Source: a virus (taxonomy: Duplodnaviria; Heunggongvirae; Uroviricota; Caudoviricetes). Taken from it: DNA of 11,296 nucleotides. Of the stretch, positions 8,005 through 11,296 are shown in pieces; the first letter of the stretch is position 1, and each line of letters begins with the position of its first letter. The position numbers and the translations under genes are program-made. The stretch is taken from the IMG/VR virus record IMGVR_UViG_2534681736_000004, one strand, 5' to 3'. The notes beneath the pieces are model-generated. The model did not search any database and was not told the DNA's origin. It was given only the letters and a program-made list of their open reading frames with translations.

Positions 8005-9500
8005 TATGCAGACTCCTCTGAATACTGAAGACGGAACTGATTAACCACGGCAAAGACACGCAGCTGGTTAACATAGTCAGGCGGGAACAGCGTGTTCAGG
8101 CGGTTCGGATCGCTGGCATCACGCTCCACAACCAGGTACTGCTTAAACAGTTCGTAGTTTTCCACGATCCCCGCACGCTCAAGCTGACGGTAGGTTGCCA
8201 GCAGTTCCCCTTTGATCACCGCCGGGGTGACAATCGCCTGACCGGGACCAAAGCGGGTACCGTCACTGGCAAGCTTGTGACGCCCGTACTTACTGGTAAT
8301 GACGGATTTCAGTTTGCGCAGTACATACGCGCTGGTATGCAGCGTCTCACTGTCGAGGTAACTGTTATCCGCAACCCCGTAAGCGTTTTTCCTGTACGTG
8401 GTGACATCACGCTGAATGCGTAGTACCCCGCTTTCGACATACGCCGTTGCCACGCCATGAGACAGCAGGGTCTGTTGTTCGGTCATCGTGAACCGTTTCC
8501 CCTTCGGCGCAGGCAGCATACCCACCAGCTCACCGGTCTGCGTGGGACGTGCCGGATCGTTGCGGATAAACACCGCTGCGCGGGCGGTACGGCTTGCCGC
8601 CAGCTCGTCGGCAGGCGTCTGGGTCTCTTTTTCGTACCCCGCCAGGGTAATGTGCTGCTGGTTAAACTGGTCACCTGCGGTCACCAGTTCTGACAGCGTG
8701 CCGATCTTTGCCGTATACACATGACCATACAGCTGACGCGCATAGCTCCAGCGACCGCTGGTATCGTTCATCTCGGTCACCAGCGTGTTAACGGAGGCCG
8801 TGTCGTTGAACGGCAGGCCGATATAATCAAACGGCTCATCCGCCATTGCAGCCACCGCGCCGGTGAGAACCGGAGCACCCGTTCCGGCGGTACCCGTCGC
8901 CACGGCAATCTGTACGCCCGCTGGCAGCACTTCGCCCCCACCAAAGCCGTAGTAATTGAGGCTGACAGGAATTTCATTCCCACAAAGCCCCTTATGACGC
9001 GCGGTCAGTGTGACCACGCCTGCCAAAGATGAAGCCGTAAACGGCAGGGTCGGAACGGCATTGATGGCATCCTGGATACTGCTGGCAATCATCGTGACGT
9101 TATCGCCGTTAGTCACCGGTGCCTGCACGCGGGTACGTCCTACATACACATTCACCGTGCCGGTTTCGGTTGCCGCCCCGGTCACCGTCAGCGTAACTGT
9201 TGCCGCCGCACCTGTGGATTCAGGAACGGCAATCACATACAGCTCGCCAAACGGGTCAGTCTGGCGATAAGCCTCGACCATACGCGCCAGCTGACTTCCC
9301 GCACCACAAATCTGGCGTGCATAGTCTGCCGACGACATCAGTACCAGACTGTTGGCAACAATCTCTGCACCGTTATTGGCATGACCAATCAGCAGCGATG
9401 CTCCGCTGTCCTGTGCAGTATTCGCCGCCTGGTTATCCATTTCCGCATAAAACAACGGAACCAGCGTATTCGACGGAATGGTGTTAAAGCTTATCGTCAT
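8004..9500 (-). CDS. Contractile tail sheath protein (Mu gpL-like)
   Basis: 498 aa ORF, ATG at 9500-9498 with a GGTG ribosome-binding site about 8 nt upstream. It is the largest gene immediately before the tube, chaperone and tape measure genes; size matches Mu L (about 495 aa). Confidence 0.8.
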   Translation of the reverse strand: MTISFNTIPSNTLVPLFYAEMDNQAANTAQDSGASLLIGHANNGAEIVANSLVLMSSADYARQICGAGSQLARMVEAYRQTDPFGELYVIAVPESTGAAATVTLTVTGAATETGTVNVYVGRTRVQAPVTNGDNVTMIASSIQDAINAVPTLPFTASSLAGVVTLTARHKGLCGNEIPVSLNYYGFGGGEVLPAGVQIAVATGTAGTGAPVLTGAVAAMADEPFDYIGLPFNDTASVNTLVTEMNDTSGRWSYARQLYGHVYTAKIGTLSELVTAGDQFNQQHITLAGYEKETQTPADELAASRTARAAVFIRNDPARPTQTGELVGMLPAPKGKRFTMTEQQTLLSHGVATAYVESGVLRIQRDVTTYRKNAYGVADNSYLDSETLHTSAYVLRKLKSVITSKYGRHKLASDGTRFGPGQAIVTPAVIKGELLATYRQLERAGIVENYELFKQYLVVERDASDPNRLNTLFPPDYVNQLRVFAVVNQFRLQYSEESA

Positions 9501-9654
9501 CGGTGTTCACCTTTTTATTCACGCGCCGGATATCACCCGCTGCTTCACGGCGCAGCCAGTAGTTGTTCTCGTCAACATTTCGCCCTTCGGCGGGCAAAAG
9601 GTCGCCGCGGGCAGGGTCAGGCACTGACCGCCCTTTAACAGGTTTGACAAACAT
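9484..9654 (-). CDS. Small conserved protein before the sheath gene (DUF2635-like, Mu gp38 position)
   Basis: Not in the ORF track (56 aa). Manual translation from ATG 9654-9652: MFVKPVKGRSVPDPARGDLLPAEGRNVDENNYWLRREAAGDIRRVNKKVNTDDDKL, stop TAA at 9486-9484. GAGGA sits 6 nt upstream, overlapping the stop of the preceding gene. Its 3' end overlaps the sheath start by 17 nt. Resembles the small family I recall directly upstream of sheath genes in Mu-like tail clusters. Confidence 0.5.
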   Translation of the reverse strand: MFVKPVKGRSVPDPARGDLLPAEGRNVDENNYWLRREAAGDIRRVNKKVNTDDDKL

Positions 9655-9662
9655 GAGGATCC

Positions 9663-10223
9663 TCAGGAAGGAAGGGTTATTTCGGTGTGATGTTCGATAT
9701 CGCCGTCAGGCCCGTTACCGGGCTCGAGATAATCAACATCAATCGCCAGCGTTTGCAGTTCATCCAGACTGTTCAGATCATCCTGCTGGCGGGTATCGTC
9801 TTCAGTCAGCTCGCTGATGACCGAAAAATCGAACTGATAAATCAGCTCATGACGATTCAGATCCAGCAGCGTGCCGCCGTCATAGGTAATCGGGTTACCG
9901 CACGCTTCCGGGTTCCAGCCCAGCAAGGCCTTAAAGAGCATCTGCCGGACATCGTCCACCACATCATACGAAGCAAACTGACCGAGCTCATCACGCCCGT
10001 TACTCAGTATGACAACCACGGAGAAGCCCTCTTTCAGCTCCTGCCAGTAGTCGGTCTGGCTTTTGTTTTCTCCCGGAGAGTCATCACCCGGTACCACATA
10101 CGCCGCCGGGAGTCTCAGCTTTCCGACCTCCGGCAGATTTTTGAACTGTGCCGCGCCTGCCACCCGGTTTTCAAAATACGGGCAGCGGGCACGCAGCGCA
10201 GCAATAACAGGCGTCAGTTTCAT
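9663..10223 (-). CDS. Mu gp37-like (K region) neck / tail terminator-type protein
   Basis: 186 aa acidic ORF, ATG at 10223-10221 in an ATGA overlap with the upstream gene. Placement two genes before the sheath suggests a tail terminator or neck role. Assignment is by synteny only. Confidence 0.5.
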   Translation of the reverse strand: MKLTPVIAALRARCPYFENRVAGAAQFKNLPEVGKLRLPAAYVVPGDDSPGENKSQTDYWQELKEGFSVVVILSNGRDELGQFASYDVVDDVRQMLFKALLGWNPEACGNPITYDGGTLLDLNRHELIYQFDFSVISELTEDDTRQQDDLNSLDELQTLAIDVDYLEPGNGPDGDIEHHTEITLPS

Positions 10224-10726
10224 CTGCGTCGTCGCTCAGGCTTCAGTGATTTACGTAATTCTCGCGCCAGAAAATAGCGTGTCCAGCTGCGGTTCTTTTC
10301 AAGCGTTTCCACCATAAAGTTATTACGTGGAGCCAGCCGCCAGCCGCTGCCACCGGATGCACCACGATGATGACTACGACGACGTTTTGCTCCTCCCCGG
10401 ACACCAAAAAACAGAAACGCCGGATAGAAGTCACCAGAGATCATCCGGTTCCCCTTCCCGTTGCGCTGGTTAGGGGCAATGCGTGTCATAAAACCGGCTC
10501 GCTTTTTACTGGCTCTCGGCACCATGTAACCAATCGAACGAGCCAGGCGTCCGGTCTGATAACCGGGGTTTTCACCCGGTGCCGACCGCGCACGGCGCAT
10601 CACCAGCCGACGGGCATCACGCATATGACGCTGCCCAATCGTGACAAACGCCCGCCGGACACGGGCGCGGTTAAAGCGCATCTCGGCGGGCTGCTGAACA
10701 TCAACGTGAAAAAAGGGAGTCGCCAT
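10220..10726 (-). CDS. Basic virion morphogenesis / tail completion-type protein (Mu gp36 region; possibly P2 gpS-like)
   Basis: 168 aa Arg/Lys-rich ORF, ATG at 10726-10724 with GGAGG about 6 nt upstream. Overlaps the end of the preceding gene by 26 nt. Function is inferred from position and composition. Confidence 0.45.
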   Translation of the reverse strand: MATPFFHVDVQQPAEMRFNRARVRRAFVTIGQRHMRDARRLVMRRARSAPGENPGYQTGRLARSIGYMVPRASKKRAGFMTRIAPNQRNGKGNRMISGDFYPAFLFFGVRGGAKRRRSHHRGASGGSGWRLAPRNNFMVETLEKNRSWTRYFLARELRKSLKPERRRR

Positions 10727-11111
10727 TGCTGCCTCCGTGACTCTGCGTAAATTCGCCCAGTTCCGTACACTCCAGCAGCAGAAAGCGCCGCGCCCCGTTC
10801 AGATCGCGCTGACGTTTCACCCGGTACACACTGTCATCACAGACCACCTCATAATCAGCAGTGATCCCGCGGCGGTAGCGAATGGTGATGTAATGGGTGA
10901 TGGCGTCCCCGGTCTGCGCGGTTTCCTGCCAGGTGGTGGCACTGGTCTGGATAACCTTCGCCCATGCCCGGAACGCAACCGGGTATTGAGGCTCCACGCC
11001 AAAGTTATCCGCGGGCATATCCACCCGCTGGCGGATCAGGACGCGTTTATTCAGTTCGCCGGGGTCCGGCAGTATGTAGGTTGCGCTGGTCTGCGCCTGA
11101 CGAATTTTCAT
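10701..11111 (-). CDS. Head-tail joining / neck-type protein (Mu gp35-gp36 region homolog)
   Basis: 136 aa ORF, ATG at 11111-11109. I see no clear Shine-Dalgarno upstream (ttggttgctccttatcgccttataccactATG). Assignment is by position upstream of the tail genes only. Confidence 0.4.
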   Translation of the reverse strand: MKIRQAQTSATYILPDPGELNKRVLIRQRVDMPADNFGVEPQYPVAFRAWAKVIQTSATTWQETAQTGDAITHYITIRYRRGITADYEVVCDDSVYRVKRQRDLNGARRFLLLECTELGEFTQSHGGSNGDSLFSR

Positions 11112-11151
11112 AGTGGTATAAGGCGATAAGGAGCAACCAACCAGTTAAAAC

Positions 11152-11296
11152 TCATTGGCAACTCCATTTTCTCAACGTCTGTAACCGTTGAGCGGTTTTC
11201 GTAGAAATGGCTGACAAGTAGCAGAAGTGAACCGCCCCGGGTTTCCTGGAGAGTGTTTTATCTGTGAACTCAGGCTGCCAGATCATCGTTTCCGAT
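11152..11296 (-). CDS. Possible 3' end of an upstream gene entering from the right window edge
   Basis: Minus-strand frame open from the window edge to TGA at 11154-11152, translating ...SETMIWQPEFTDKTLSRKPGAVHFCYLSAISTKTAQRLQTLRKWSCQ*. Composition is not strongly protein-like and no start is visible in the window. Confidence 0.2.
   Translation of the reverse strand, partial: SETMIWQPEFTDKTLSRKPGAVHFCYLSAISTKTAQRLQTLRKWSCQ

Noticed and set aside
9687-10277. Plus-strand ORF of 196 aa
   Set aside because: Fully antisense to the gp37-like gene and the start of its upstream neighbour. Low-complexity, Arg-rich translation. No independent support.
1013-10750. Other plus-strand ORFs of 63-165 aa (for example 1992..2222, 2732..3025, 3523..3867, 4164..4661, 5910..6239, 7206..7529, 8721..9032, 9200..9487, 10367..10750)
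   Set aside because: All lie antisense to well-supported minus-strand genes in a tightly packed operon. Compositions are dominated by Arg/Ser/Thr/Pro as expected for reverse-strand frames of GC-rich genes.
542-11002. Minus-strand alternative-frame ORFs nested inside larger genes (542..736, 1813..2010, 3141..3509, 8483..8674, 8777..8983, 10243..10434, 10817..11002)
   Set aside because: Each is wholly inside a longer, syntenically supported ORF in another frame. No evidence for overprinted genes.
11171-11200. Possible plus-strand terminator (ctcaacg / cgttgag inverted repeat followed by cggttttc)
   Set aside because: Weak stem with a poor T-run, and no plus-strand gene in the window that it would terminate. 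Kept only as a minor note.
1-11296. Scan for CRISPR repeats, tRNA or rRNA genes, insertion-sequence inverted repeats, integrase or transposase
   Set aside because: No regularly spaced direct repeats, no tRNA-like or rRNA-like segments, and no ORF with recombinase-like features. All substantial ORFs are accounted for by the tail module.

Overview
The whole window is one co-directional gene block on the minus strand encoding a contractile (myovirus-type) phage tail with Mu-like gene order. Reading in the direction of transcription (high to low coordinates): three small neck/tail-completion-type genes, a small ORF missing from the ORF track (9484..9654), tail sheath, tail tube, tail assembly chaperone with an apparent -1 frameshift site, tape measure protein, DNA-circularization-protein-N-like gene, a baseplate hub gene split by a frame change, baseplate spike, two baseplate wedge genes including a Baseplate-J-like one, a gp48-like gene, and the start of a tail fiber gene running off the left edge. 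Most junctions are overlapping stop/start codons. All product names are from synteny, protein sizes and motifs I recall, not from any search. I see no rRNA, tRNA, CRISPR array, transposase or integrase. Plus-strand ORFs in the track look like antisense shadows of this GC-rich coding DNA. I do not see evidence of a novel system; this looks like a conventional prophage or phage-tail-like module. The points worth a second look are the split hub gene, the chaperone frameshift site, the unlisted small ORF and a terminator-like hairpin inside the operon. Coordinates include the stop codon, as in the ORF track.
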